From: an uncultured Candidatus Peribacteria bacterium | GTDB lineage: Bacteria > Patescibacteriota > Gracilibacteria > Absconditabacterales > Absconditicoccaceae | Direction of reading: 5' to 3' | Assembly (NCBI GenBank): GCA_964403415.1 | Contig: CAYOFF010000001.1 | Span: forward strand, 69,834-133,833 | Length of the DNA: 64,000 nt | Shown here: positions 1-11,800 of the stretch, piece by piece | How positions within the stretch are numbered: the stretch's first letter is position 1 | Layout: each line of letters opens with the position of its first letter | Program-made: the position numbers and the translations under genes | The notes under the pieces: model-generated | What the model saw: the letters and a program-made list of their open reading frames with translations, nothing else | The model's database searches: none | Told to the model about the DNA's origin: nothing

Positions 1-413
1 GATGCAGAGAATACGGGGACAAAACACAACAACATCGCTGCCAAAAATAACGTCCGCATGTACGATCACGTCATCTGCAACAAGAGCGCTATAGTCTGTT
101 GCTCCAGAGCAAATGTAATCAACCAGTATCGGAGTGCGCTACCTCATAGAAGCACCGCCATTACTTGTATAATGCTTTTGGAAGTCAGACGTTCTGCTCG
201 TCTTCATCACACATAATACCCCGCACTCAACGCCAACAAAATAATACCCAAAAAAACTGACGTCAGTACAATACTGCTTCACACCACAGGTATCGCAAGT
301 CTCAGTACTAGTATTTCTACGGCAAGCGTCGCAAATCCTTCCAATCCCGCGATGAGCAGGATCTCTTTGGTGGTGATTGTATTTTCAGATTTTTTTGCTA
401 CAGTGGTACTCAT
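1..413 (-). CDS. Polytopic membrane protein, N-terminal part. The gene runs off the left edge. A spermidine-synthase-like TM region is only a guess.
   Basis: Minus-strand ATG at 413-411. The frame stays open to the window edge with TGA=Gly (several in-frame TGA, no TAA/TAG). MSTTVAKKSENTITTKEILLIAGLEGFATLAVEILVLRLAIPVV[G]SSIVLTSVFLGIILLALSAGYY is a run of hydrophobic helices. Confidence 0.5.
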
Positions 414-442
414 TCGTTGTTTAGTAACCAGACCTAAAACCT

Positions 443-1462
443 ATGTACAAAAAGTTCACCTATCACGAGCTTTGCACCATACATACGAGTTTTTTTGAGC
501 ATATCAAAGCAATATGCGCCAAATACAAATATCCTTCCATCAAATCATTTTTGGATACATCTTTCCCAGAAGAGCAGGATCGTCTGTATTTTTTTGAGTC
601 CAACAAACCTGTTATGAGACGATATAAGCTTGGCACCGATACGTTTCGCCTCGTTGATGAGAGAGAAGCTATTGAGGTTATTCTTTGACCCGATGAGATC
701 TCGCACCTACACAACACCCTCAAAAATACACAGGCCATGAAGCAGCTTGCAAGCGACAATAAATCGCTTTTGGACCAGCTCCTCTGACAGTTTATCGGAT
801 GATCACGGCAAGCTATTTCTGGTAAACCATATCTCGTGTACGATATCGAAACCACGTTCACCGGCAACGAAATACACGACCAGCACTTTGAGATGGCATA
901 TTATATTTCTACGGACGATACACATACGCAGGACTCATTCAAGTATCATTATGTAGGTAGCGACCAGGCAAAGAAATTTTGTGATCACCTCCTCGCATAT
1001 GATGGATACATTATCGGATATAATCAAATTTGATTTGATAACCCCGTACTTGCGCTCAACGTCTGATACGGCGAAGCCGAAATCCAAGAACTCAATCGCA
1101 AAAGCATAGATCCATTTCTCTTTCTCTGGCAGCTCACATGAAGAAGAATGAGCCTCAACAACGTAGCGACCGCTCTCATTTCTTCTGGAAAAACACTCAC
1201 CTCCGGTAAAGAGTGAGAGATGCTCCTCCAACAATACAAAAAAACGGGAGACAACTCTCTCCTCCAAAAAGTCAAAAACTACTGCAAAAACGATGTCCGT
1301 ATTACTTTTGGAGTTTTCCTGTATCTCCTTTCTTACAACGCCCTACATGTCGATGACAAGAGTTATACATATGATCTAGAGACCTTACTACAACTTGGAT
1401 GATACACCGACAAGACACCTGTCACTGCTGAGCTTTCTAGCTCGTTATTTACTGCTGGATAA
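443..1462 (+). CDS. DEDD-type 3'-5' exonuclease (RNase H-like fold, PolB-exonuclease/YprB-like)
   Basis: Standard-code fragments 443-688, 836-1033 and 1220-1402 are one frame joined by TGA, ending in TAA at 1460-1462. Motifs seen: LVYDIETT (Exo I), GYNQI[G]FDNPVL (Exo II), YCKNDV (Exo III). Confidence 0.7.
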
Positions 1463-1468
1463 TTTTTC

Positions 1469-2311
1469 ATGAAGCAGCAACTAGGCACACCATCCGCTCA
1501 AGAGCAGCTTCTTGACTGCTATACTCAGCAAGCAGAGCAGTTTCGTCACACCAGAAAAAAACCTTGGCCTGAGATGGAGCATATTATCGCTGCTCTCAGT
1601 TCTGTCCCGAATACGCATACTCAAGGCACGTACGCACACACAGCAGCCGTATGATCAGCTACCCCTACGCATATTGTGTGGGACGTATGATGTGGGGCAG
1701 GAAGATGTTTCCCCTTACTTCAGGATGCGCTCCCATGACTTGATTATACCGGTATTGATTTTTCACCGTCATTTGTAGAGCTGGCTCGTCAAGAATATCC
1801 TACTGCTAGATTTGTGTGCCAAGACATGATCTCTTTCCTGCAGGATCAACCGTCACAGTCCAGCAATGCCATCATTGGTGTCGCATCGGTTCAACACCTT
1901 CCTACTCATCTTGATAGAGCGCGTTTTTTTGTTGAAAGCTATAGAACGCTCGCCTACTGAGGATCTCTCATACTTGTGAACCGATCCTTCTCTGAGCGAT
2001 TTTTTTCTACGTATACATGGCCGTTTTTGGAGGCAATACTCTATCGAGCATGATCGCTATGACAAAAACATTGGAATGATCTTTCGATTCCGCGAAAAGG
2101 TCCTGATCATCAACGTAATGGCCAGAGATTCGCTAGATTCTATCATATATTTACACTACGTGAGTTACGTTCGTATGCACTCCAAGCAGGGTTTGCTATT
2201 GAGGAGTTATGCCTAGTTGATACCACATGAGCGAAGACACATCAGATGCGCCATGCGAGGAATAGCTTTCTTGTGGCTAGGAAAATGCCTATTGTGTTTC
2301 CTTGAGCATAA
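1469..2311 (+). CDS. Class I SAM-dependent methyltransferase
   Basis: Motif I VWDV[G]CGAGR, then LDYTGIDFS and IIGVASVQHL. In-frame TGA codons only; TAA stop at 2309-2311. Confidence 0.75.
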
Positions 2312-5300
2312 GCGTCCCTCATCATTTGTTATTTGCGCTATCGATAATCGTATATGAGATCTGCCCCAGAGACTCTACTGAGAATACTGCGAGATTCCCA
2401 TCAAATGTGTATACATCCTCTCATCCTCTTTGGATTGATCACTTTTTGATTGTTGATGAGACATCGCTAAACAACAATACTACGTCATATCATCCTGTAT
2501 CTCTTTTGATAACTTTGACTTTGTCAGTCATAAGAAAAGGCGGCGTTGTGTCTTCTCAGATAAGAACAATAGGTATTGTCTTGCTATCACTATAGCCCTT
2601 TTCATCTGTCATCATGACTTTGAGCTCATAACTTCCTGGTTTCGTTACTGAGGGAAGCGTTACATTGGTGATATCTACCACTCCTCACTGTTTGTTGTAG
2701 GTGTATGACTTTAGCTCTACATCGTTGAGATATATTTTGACTGACGTAATCTTGAATGGAGACTTGGTTTGATGCCATACAGAGAAGGTTCTTGTCACTT
2801 TTTGTCCTGGCTCTGGCTGAATAATATTGAGGGCAATTTGTCACATTTGAGCTAACGCATTCCTTTCTTCACATTCTTTTTGCGGAGCTTCCAGAAGGAT
2901 CAATATACCCGATCCAAGCAAGGACTGGGCAGCGCCACTTCCCCATCGGTTATTGATGTCTTTTTGGTCGCGTTTGTCTGGGAGCATACTTTCTGGCTTG
3001 ATGATGTATGCGTCTTTGACATCTCACTCCGGTGTCAGTGATCATACTTTTCCATTACACAATGCGTCAACCTTGGTGACTTCCAAACTCGTATCTGCAG
3101 CTGTCGGTAGCGTATTGATGTATCCGAGTGATGTCACCGCAAACGCTAATGGGCTGTCTGCATTGACAAGTTTTCCACTGATTTTTGATATCGTTACAGA
3201 CTTCACTTCTTTCTGCTCTGGAAGCTGGTTAGAAATAAGATTATTTCCCTGAAGTTTTTTGATGAAATTTCTCCACGCAAGATTATTGATCCATCCACCG
3301 TACGCATCTCTTCTCAATGCGCTTCCATCTGTATTTCATCCCCAAAAGACCATCACTGATGAAGGCGTATATCACACGAGCCACCCGTCTCTTGGGAGCT
3401 TCTCTTTGGTTTTTGGATCTACGACATTTGTAGTTCCTGTTTTGGTAGCCATGGTTAGGCCTGGAATCGTGAACTTCTGTATCCACGATGCAGGCAGGTT
3501 TGAGTTATCCGACAAAATTTTCCACAACAAAAATGCTACGCCTGTAGGAATAACTTGCTCTCTTTGTTTCACTTGTTTCTTGTACAAAATCGATCCGTCA
3601 GCAGCCCTTATCTCTAGAATAGGATTAATCTCTGCTGGAGTCCCCATAGCACTTAGGTGCGTGTATGCAGTAACCAACTCATACATAGGAATTTCTGCAG
3701 ATCCGATCGCTAACGGATACCCATAATGATCTGGGCTCATATCTAGAGATACTATTCCTAGCTTTTGGAGAAATTGCTTGATAGGACCTTCTCCTCCTGC
3801 CATCATCAGCATCTTGATAGCAGGAATATTTCTACTTCCAGCTAGCGCAAGCTTGATTGGCATCAGTCCCTTGAATGTTCCATCAGCGTTATTTGGTTTG
3901 TCTTTACCGATAGTAAAGGCGAGATCATAAATAGGACTGTCTATAGTCAATGGATTTTTCATAAATCCGAGCGAATAGACGAATGGCTTGATGCTTGATC
4001 ATGGTTGTCTTTTGGATTGGATAATATCTACCTGTCCGTCAATTTCTTCGTTGTAGTAGTCTCTCGACCCCACATAGGCCATCACATCACCATTGAGACT
4101 ATTGACGTACATCATCGCAGCATTGTTGGACTTGTATTGGCTAGCTACTGCCTGATTTTCATTTATACTTTCTTCTGCCATTTTTTGGATATTGTAGTCT
4201 AGGGTGGTAGTAATCGTTAGCCCCCCTTTACGTAGAAGCTCTGCATCGTACTTCTCTTCAAGTAATTTTGTTACCCAAAAAACAAAATGAGGAGCTTTGA
4301 TCTCTTGTCTTGCACGTGCGAATGTGAAATTGAGCCCCCTGAGAAAGTTCTTCTTAAACTCGCTTTCGGTAATATATCACTCCTCATACATTCTTGCAAG
4401 GACAATATCCTTTCTTCCTGGCGTATAACTGACCTGGTACGTCTGCCCTTGGTAGGTCAGTGAGAAGTCTAGCAGTCCTTCCATAAATGAAATAATAGCA
4501 TCATCGCTCTTTTTGAAGGCGAGCTTCGCATTGTCCATATTTTGCTGTACTCTTTCTAGGATGAGTTGGTTGAGTTCTGTTGTCAGCTCTACTGGTGTCG
4601 TCTCGTCGTCTACAATATTTATTTTTCCCATTACAGCACCGTTGTTGGTATACGGGTCGTATCTTGATGGTGCCTGTGGAATACCTGCCAAGATCGCCGC
4701 TTGTAGGACATCTAGTTTATCGGCACCTACTCCAAAGTATGTCAGTGATGCGACCTGCACACCATATGAGTTATTGCCCAAAAAGATATAATTCGCATAC
4801 ATCTCCAAGATTTTTTCTTTTACTTTTTTGTCTAGTTCGTCACTTGAAAGATCAGACTGAGCGTTTTTGATCTCACGTTTGATATAAGAGTTAAGTTTGA
4901 TAGCCAAAATAATCTCTTTTACCTTTCTTTCGACTTTTTTCTCAGGAGTAAGCATAAGATTTTTGATGAGCTGCTGCGTGATTGTGGACCCTCAGATTGT
5001 TTTCCCCTGAGTAACGTCCGTAATAGCAGCCCTCAGCGTACCTTTTCGGTCCACACCAGGATTTGTCCAAAATCTCTGATCTTCTGTTGCTACCAGCGCA
5101 TTTACAAAGTACGGTGAGATTTTTTCGTATGGAATATACTCTCTATGCTCTTCAAAAAGCCTATACAGCGGTTCTCCGTTTTTGTCGGCTATGACGGTTG
5201 CCTGACTAAAACTATACTTCTCGATGTTTGAGATATTTGGCAGATCGCGTAGAATTGCAAAATAGAATCGTAGCACAGCAATAAGCACGGGGACACCCAC

Positions 5301-5492
5301 TGCCGTCAATCCTACCCAAAACAAAATACCACCCATCCCAAAAAGCGTCTCTCTCCCATGATATGCGTGCATCATGGTCCCACGAAACGTTCTTCTTTTG
5401 CCTTTTTTGGTCGCTTCAAATAGAGAAATTACGCGATCCCAGGTTGTCTGAAACCATTGTCAGAACGTATTTTTCTTGTACTGATGCATCAT
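2289..5492 (-). CDS. Class A penicillin-binding protein (PBP1A-type glycosyltransferase/transpeptidase) with a roughly 250-aa beta-rich C-terminal extension
   Basis: All minus-strand fragments (5375, 4955, 4181, 3962, 3317) share one frame, and I checked the gaps for TAA/TAG. Motifs: ATEDQRFW, I[G]GSTITQQLIKN, RQP[G]SSIKP (SxxK), a TM helix near the N-terminus. TAG stop at 2291-2289 overlaps the methyltransferase 3' end by 23 bp. Confidence 0.9.
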
Positions 5493-5532
5493 TATTTACC
5501 AGAAAACAAAATATGTATCTACGCCCCCGCGC

Positions 5533-7206
5533 CTATCTTTTGGGTGGATAAATAAACCCTCATACACCGCTATCTGAAACCGATATCCAACGTGTCGAAT
5601 GAATACCTCTTCACTTGTAGTTCATCTCCTCCAGGCGTATGTTATCTCCATCTACTGCTGACACAATCGCTACGTGGCCTAGACCTCCCCATCATTTCCT
5701 AAACACAGCTATAGATCAGACTGTTGGTTTCTTGCCAGTCGCATATCATGCTGCTGCCGCATTGTCTAACCACCTTCCACCATTACCTCTCCATGCTACT
5801 GAGTGTCCTGCTTTCCACCATACATATGCTGCATAATAGGTACAATTACCTCGAGCAAACCCTTGTCCGCCAAATCCATCTTTTTTTGGATTAACATATG
5901 CAAACTGCACAATTCATCATTTCTTCTCTGCTGTCTCTTTTTCCTTTTGTTGTTTCTGCCATGTTGCTTCATCTACACAGACATGACCCTCCTCTCTGTA
6001 TCCTTCTTTACATGTTCGTGCACGTGTAGGCGTAGGATCTACACAAAAGGCATTTTCTGGCTTCTGCACACATTTTCCTTGATATGGACACGCATTGTCT
6101 GGACATGTCGATTTGTTCTCTTTTTTGGTTTCTTTTGAAGGAGTTGCCGCTTCTTTTGAGACTGATACGGGTTTCTTTACAGCATCTTGGGTAGGACTCT
6201 TCGCAACTACTACTCCCGCATTTGCAGGCTGTGATACTGTTTTCACTTGTGCAATTTTAGCCGGTTCTTTCGTTGGCTCTGGTTTTGCTGGAACTTGCGC
6301 AGTCTTTGCTGCTTCTTTTTCTTTTGCAGGCTGTGCCACAGACTTTAGTAGAGGTTGCTCCTCTTTCTTTTCTCCTGCTTTGATAACCTCCTGTCCTTGT
6401 GCCTGCTGATAAACTACCTGCTGCTGAACCTCTTTTTGCTCTGGCGCAACTACATCTTGGTCTTGGACAGGCTCTTGATTTTGTGTATCGCTATCTACTG
6501 CTGATGATTCGCTACTATCCACTTGTACAGGTTCATCGGTATGTTGTGTGTCGCCATCTACCACTGCTGCTACATATGAGTCTGCATACTCATCCTCTGA
6601 TGGTGGTAAGTCCATAGGGACATATACTTCTTTGTACTCTTTCTTCTTGATGAGTCACTTTGCCTCCGCCTCCCCTTGATTGAGGTCCAAGAAAAGCTCC
6701 TGGCCTACCTCGAGCTTGGTGCTAGCATCAATGATATAGTTCAAGCTCATAACATCCTCGAGATCGAGGTGATACTCTGCTGCGAATGCCTCTATTGTTT
6801 GTGGTTTCTCTACTTCGTAGACAATACCATCATCATATGCGATTTTTAGTGTTTGTCCTGCCAACAAGACATCTGTGGGAGAGAGTCCGTTAGCCTTTCG
6901 CAAGGCACGAACCGTGGTTCAAAATTCTTTTGCTACGTCCTCTACAGTATCACCTTTTTTGACCTTGTAGCTAACAATAGGCGTCGATGCGTCTCCTAGC
7001 AACTGCTCAAATGCAATACCTTTTGCTCACTGATCTCCTAAGAGGTTTGCATATGCAGGCTGCACAAATCATTGTTTTTGAACCTCTTTCTGCACGTACG
7101 CAAACTGCTGCGGTACCAGTACAAAGAAAAGGAACACAAACAACGATGTCAGACTACCTCGATCTACCAATGTTTTTGATAATGCGCGCGTAGGCGAATG
7201 TAACAT
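5533..7206 (-). CDS. Secreted or anchored peptidoglycan hydrolase: N-terminal TM helix, LysM repeats, acidic and Lys/Pro/Ala-rich linker, Cys-rich module, C-terminal CHAP domain
   Basis: One frame from ATG 7206-7204 to TAG 5535-5533. LysM: YKVKKGDTVEDVAKEF[G]TTVRALRKANGL. CHAP: RGNCTYYAAYVWW...GNGGRW...[G]SIAVFRK[G]WGGLGHVAIV. The longer track ORF start at 7254 would overlap tRNA-Ser, so the internal ATG is used. Confidence 0.85.
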
Positions 7207-7226
7207 ATACCAAAAAAGAACTAAAC

Positions 7227-7316
7227 TGGCGGAGAGAGTGGGATTTGAACCCACGGACCCCTTGCAGGGTCAACGGTTTTCAAGACCGCCGCATTAAACC
7301 GCTCTGCCATCTCTCC
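7227..7316 (-). tRNA. tRNA-Ser (anticodon TGA)
   Basis: Minus strand reads GGAGAGATGGCAGAGCGG...CTTGAAAAC...GGTTCAAATCCCACTCTCTCCGCCA. It has a 7-bp acceptor stem, a long variable arm, a T-loop and an encoded CCA. Confidence 0.9.
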
Positions 7317-7518
7317 CCGACCATACTCTATCATTCTATAGAGTGCGCACTTTCACATTTTTTGAAAAAGTACAAGATCCGTTATAACAATGTCGACTTT
7401 TTATTCAAGAACAATAACCCACCCCCTATTTTCCCCTGTACAGACTCTCAAAAAACAGTATATATGCATCAATATTGGCTCTCGTAGTCACTTCTACCAT
7501 TATCTATCATAATAGAAC

Positions 7519-8019
7519 ATGAAAGACGCGCAAATACAGGACCTTATGGCTCGCTATCCGCTCCAGCAATGAGCTCATAATCCTATACTTAGGAGCGTGT
7601 GTACGCCTGTCTGACCGATTACCAAAGAACTCCGCCAATTTGGGAAGGACTTGCTGGCACTGATGCGGGCATACGATGGCGTATGACTTGCTGCACCACA
7701 GGTTGGCAAGACCATCAGGATGGCTGCCATCACTCAGCGAGATACAACCAAAAAAGAACGAGAGCTTATTCTCGAGGACGTAATGATCAACCCCGTAGTC
7801 TTGTCATCAAGCGACACACGTGTACGCGACAAAGAGTGATGCCTTTCACTACCAGGGATAGAATGAGAAGTCGAAAGATCTAAGCAGATAACGGTCAAGT
7901 ATACCAATCTCCAGGGCAAAGATATTATCAAAAAAATTTCTGGGTATAACGCCAGGATTATCTTACATGAGATCGATCATTTAGATTGAGTACTCTTTAT
8001 AGATAAGTTGGCTACGTAG
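7519..8019 (+). CDS. def: Peptide deformylase
   Basis: All three signature motifs are present, each using TGA for Gly: GV[G]LAAPQVG, E[G]CLSLPG, HEIDHLD[G]. TAG stop at 8017-8019. Confidence 0.95.
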
Positions 8020-8023
8020 CAGA

Positions 8024-8731
8024 CTATCCCTTCATAAGCTCTGTACAGTACAACTGAGCTGCCTGTACTGGACATGGTCTCTCTCCGAGGCCGTCTTTGT
8101 ATTTTTTCTCACAGACACGAGCCGATATTTGGAGACGATTAGGATCTACTACACTCGGCTCCACATAAAAACTCAGAATCTCCCACACTTGCTTAGGGTT
8201 TACATCGTCCTTGTAGGTGTATGCATATTTCACACAGACCACATCCTTGCCAGATGGACTCATGATACCAAAATCCTTGATAGACAAAAATTCATATCAT
8301 TTTCTGAGCTTTTTGTATTCTTTGGAGAAGCTTGCTACTGAATTTTCGTTGGTTGGCGTACACTGAGTGGGAGACAAATAGCTACATGCTGATGCATAAC
8401 TTCACTGTGAAAGTGCTGCAAAATATGCTTTAACGACATCCATCGTTACTGTTGTTCATTTTTCTACTATGACTTTGTCATCGGGGGTGATTTGGTTTTG
8501 AGTATTTGAGGATTTTTGCTGTGTTCATGTTGATCATGAGGCATTGTTGTTTGTGCCTTGATTTTGTTGCGTTCATTGTTGTCCTGCTCCTGCTGACTGT
8601 CCTGATGTTTGTTCTGATCATCCTGAGTTTCGACCCGTAAGCACATTTCACTTACTCAACAATGCCACACCTAAGATGGTTATAATCATTACCAAGATTG
8701 CCACTTGTACGACAGATCATTCTCTATCCAT
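8024..8731 (-). CDS. Hypothetical membrane-anchored or secreted protein (N-terminal TM helix, Gln/Gly/Ser/Thr-rich linker, Cys-containing C-terminal domain)
   Basis: ATG at 8731-8729, one frame with TGA=Gly, TAG at 8026-8024. Begins MDRE[G]SVVQVAILVMIITILGVALLSK. No family recognised. Confidence 0.6.
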
Positions 8732-8830
8732 GTCCAAAAAAAGGTATAAATATGATGAAGTATTTTTGCAGGTATAAATCTACTTGTACCCATACAGTTT
8801 AGACGAACAACTTCAAGGGACATGTTTATT

Positions 8831-11800
8831 CTACTCTCATGGTTTGCTCACTGTAGATTCATCCACTATTGTGTAATTTAGGTCATGATAGTCCTCCTTT
8901 TTGTGCTCCACTCATACCGCGTCTGGCACAGCGGAGTCCATCTTCACATATCCTTGTCATTTTAGATCGCCTAATGTTGTTTGAATAATAACGGGCTCTT
9001 TATAGTCTCTTCAATACGTTCTTATCAATGCAAAATTATCTGTATAAATTCGGTACGACACATATCATTTATGTCCCCTATTGTCCTCCTGCTTTTGATT
9101 GAGTAATCATATGGTACTTTTTTCGAGTATTCTGTACATTTTTATATCGTTGGGCATATATGTGTTGATAATACAATTTATCACATGATCATGGATGATT
9201 GCATTGCTTGCGTTATAGTTTCCATACTTGTTTTTGATGGATGCAACAACTCACTGGATGACTGGCAAACTTAGCATATCATTTAGTACTCCTAGAAAAT
9301 TTTTTCATTCGGCATGTGTTTGCAGCTTCTCCGCAGGAATAGACGACATGTATGTATCAATAATTCCTTGTATTTTTGGCACATCGGAAATTGGCACCCC
9401 CTCCAACATACGATTCATTTCCTCGTATGCCATTTTGTCTATATTTTTGCTTTCACGTTTTAGATTAATTTCCCCATCAATTGGCGTTATTTTTAATGTC
9501 GCACCATCGTACTGCAGTCTAAAGTGTTCATATGCCACTCCTGCCGTTCTTCCAAATAATGAGCCTATTTCTCCATCCGTATCAGACCCTACTACAATAT
9601 CTGTTCATGGCTCGATTGTCGCCTCACCGTATGGACCTTTTATCACCAGGTCTCTATCATCTTTTTCGATTGTGAATGTATCTTCTCATACTCACAATAC
9701 GAGAGGAGTCTCTAGGTCTCTAGCATCATATCATTTTACCGGGGTCTCTGAATCCACACCATTTTCTGGATTTTCTTGACCATCTGATTCTCTTCGGTCA
9801 CCTCACTTTGCAGCATCTTTATGTTCTCCAGCATCCTTATCTACAAACACGTATCCATAGTCATAGTTGTCGTTCTTTTGTGCATATCACAGCTCATATA
9901 ATTTATTCCACAGTTTTTTTCCTCATGGACCCAGTGCCGGCGAAGGAATCAGTTGTATTCACCTTCTCTGCAACTCCTTTCATAGTTGTATATATGCCAA
10001 GACTCCTACTCATTTTGGCTCATCAGGTGCTTTTTCTACATCTATCACAAAAGCTGACGTAGGCGGATTGTTTAAGAATAGTTCAAATTTTTTGAACTTA
10101 ACTTCCTTTCCGTCATATTTTACTTTTACTTCATAGCGTTTTGTCCCATACTCTGTATCTACCTCATTTGCTGGCATCTCTACTAGTTCTACTGCTACCT
10201 CTTCGATATTCAAACTTTCTGGCATCTCGTTTTTGGCAGCACCATCTTTTCCTATATTCTCTCACCCGTCTTCATCTTTTCCTCTATTCAAAAATCCAAA
10301 AATTCATTTATCTCCAAGCATCTTTATTTCTTCATTAGTGAAGCATCTACTTCCATCCGGTTCTGTAGCCTCCATCATAATACGAGTTTTAGTAAGCTTG
10401 ACCGCCTGCCGATACATCATGACAGGATTCCCTTTCACGTCCAACACGGGCGTATCATCAGGATTTTTTACTGCTTCTTCTGTCCCATATCACCGCATAT
10501 GCGCCTCCCGTATTGCGTTCTTTTTGGCTTCAGTTAGTTTAAATTTTTTGTTTGTTTTCCTGAGTTCTTTTTCAGCCTCCTTCCAGACTCTGGCCTTTTC
10601 CTTTCTTACCTCCAACGACAAATCTAGTGTAATTCACTTTTTTTTGATTTTCTTGTTCTCCGTTCTTAGCATCTCATCCCTAATTAGACGATACTCAACC
10701 CCTGTAAGTTTTGATGATGAGACGAACGTCACCGCGCGCATCTTTATTTCGGACCATTTTTGCCATTCTTTTTGTAATTTCTCCAATTTCTTGTTGTATT
10801 TTATTAGACTACTCTCCATCTCTCTTATGCGTTTTTTTCCGTCTTCCGTATCCGATGAGGTATTTTGTATTTCCTCAATCGCGTTTTCTATTGCTCTTAT
10901 CCACGATTTTATTTCCTGTCTCTTTTCATCTATCTTGGCGATTGTTAATTTTATTTGCGCAATAACTTTTTCCATGTCCTGCATATTACGATCGACTTTT
11001 GCCCTGAGTGAAAATTCTGTTTCTAGTTGCTTATTAAATTTTTTAATTTTATCTTTTTTTCGCCTTTCTTCATACTTTTTGAGTTTCTCTCTACGGGCTT
11101 TTTGCTTCTCTGGCAACTCATGCTCTTCAGTCACCTGTATATTCTCGAGCGTCACTTTCACCCTTACTAAGACATAACAAAAATATTCCAAAACATCTTT
11201 CATCAGACTCCTCAATCCTTTTTCATGCGCACTCATCATGTCCCATGAGTGGAAAAATAATCACCAAATATTTATTCTCAACTTGGCAATTCATCACGTA
11301 TTTTTCAGTTCGTCTGAGAACTTATACGTATTCCATCGAGACTCTGTCATCTTCTTACTCAGATCAATTCCAGTGATAATTGCCTGACAAAATGCAATCA
11401 TTGCATCTATCCCGTCTGTTATACTCTTTGCTGTAACAAGATCTGTTACTGCAAATTTTGCTTGCAGTGAGATATCTTTCGCTTTTTGGAGTTGCTTGAT
11501 AAATGATTTGAGATATCTTACGAGAGCGCTTTTTTGTTTCTCGGATGTTGGCTCCTCCTGAATCTCAGCTGCCAGAGCATCAGCATCTGCTGCCACCTGT
11601 TGCGTCTCTGTAAGCAAATTATTTAGTTGCACTTCTCAGTCATTTACTGCAACTTCCGTGGTCGCTGTTTGGTCAGTTACGGTCTGATCAGTTACCTCAG
11701 TTATTGTTGTTGGTTGCACTCATGTTTCTGTTGTTGATGCATCATCATTTGTTGTTGGCTTAACATCGGCTGTAGTTGTACCAGTGGTTCCTGCAGCTTC

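Noticed and set aside
7069-7254. The longer start (7254) for the LysM-CHAP gene given by the track.
   Set aside because: It would run into tRNA-Ser (7227-7316). The internal ATG at 7206 gives a normal N-terminal TM anchor.
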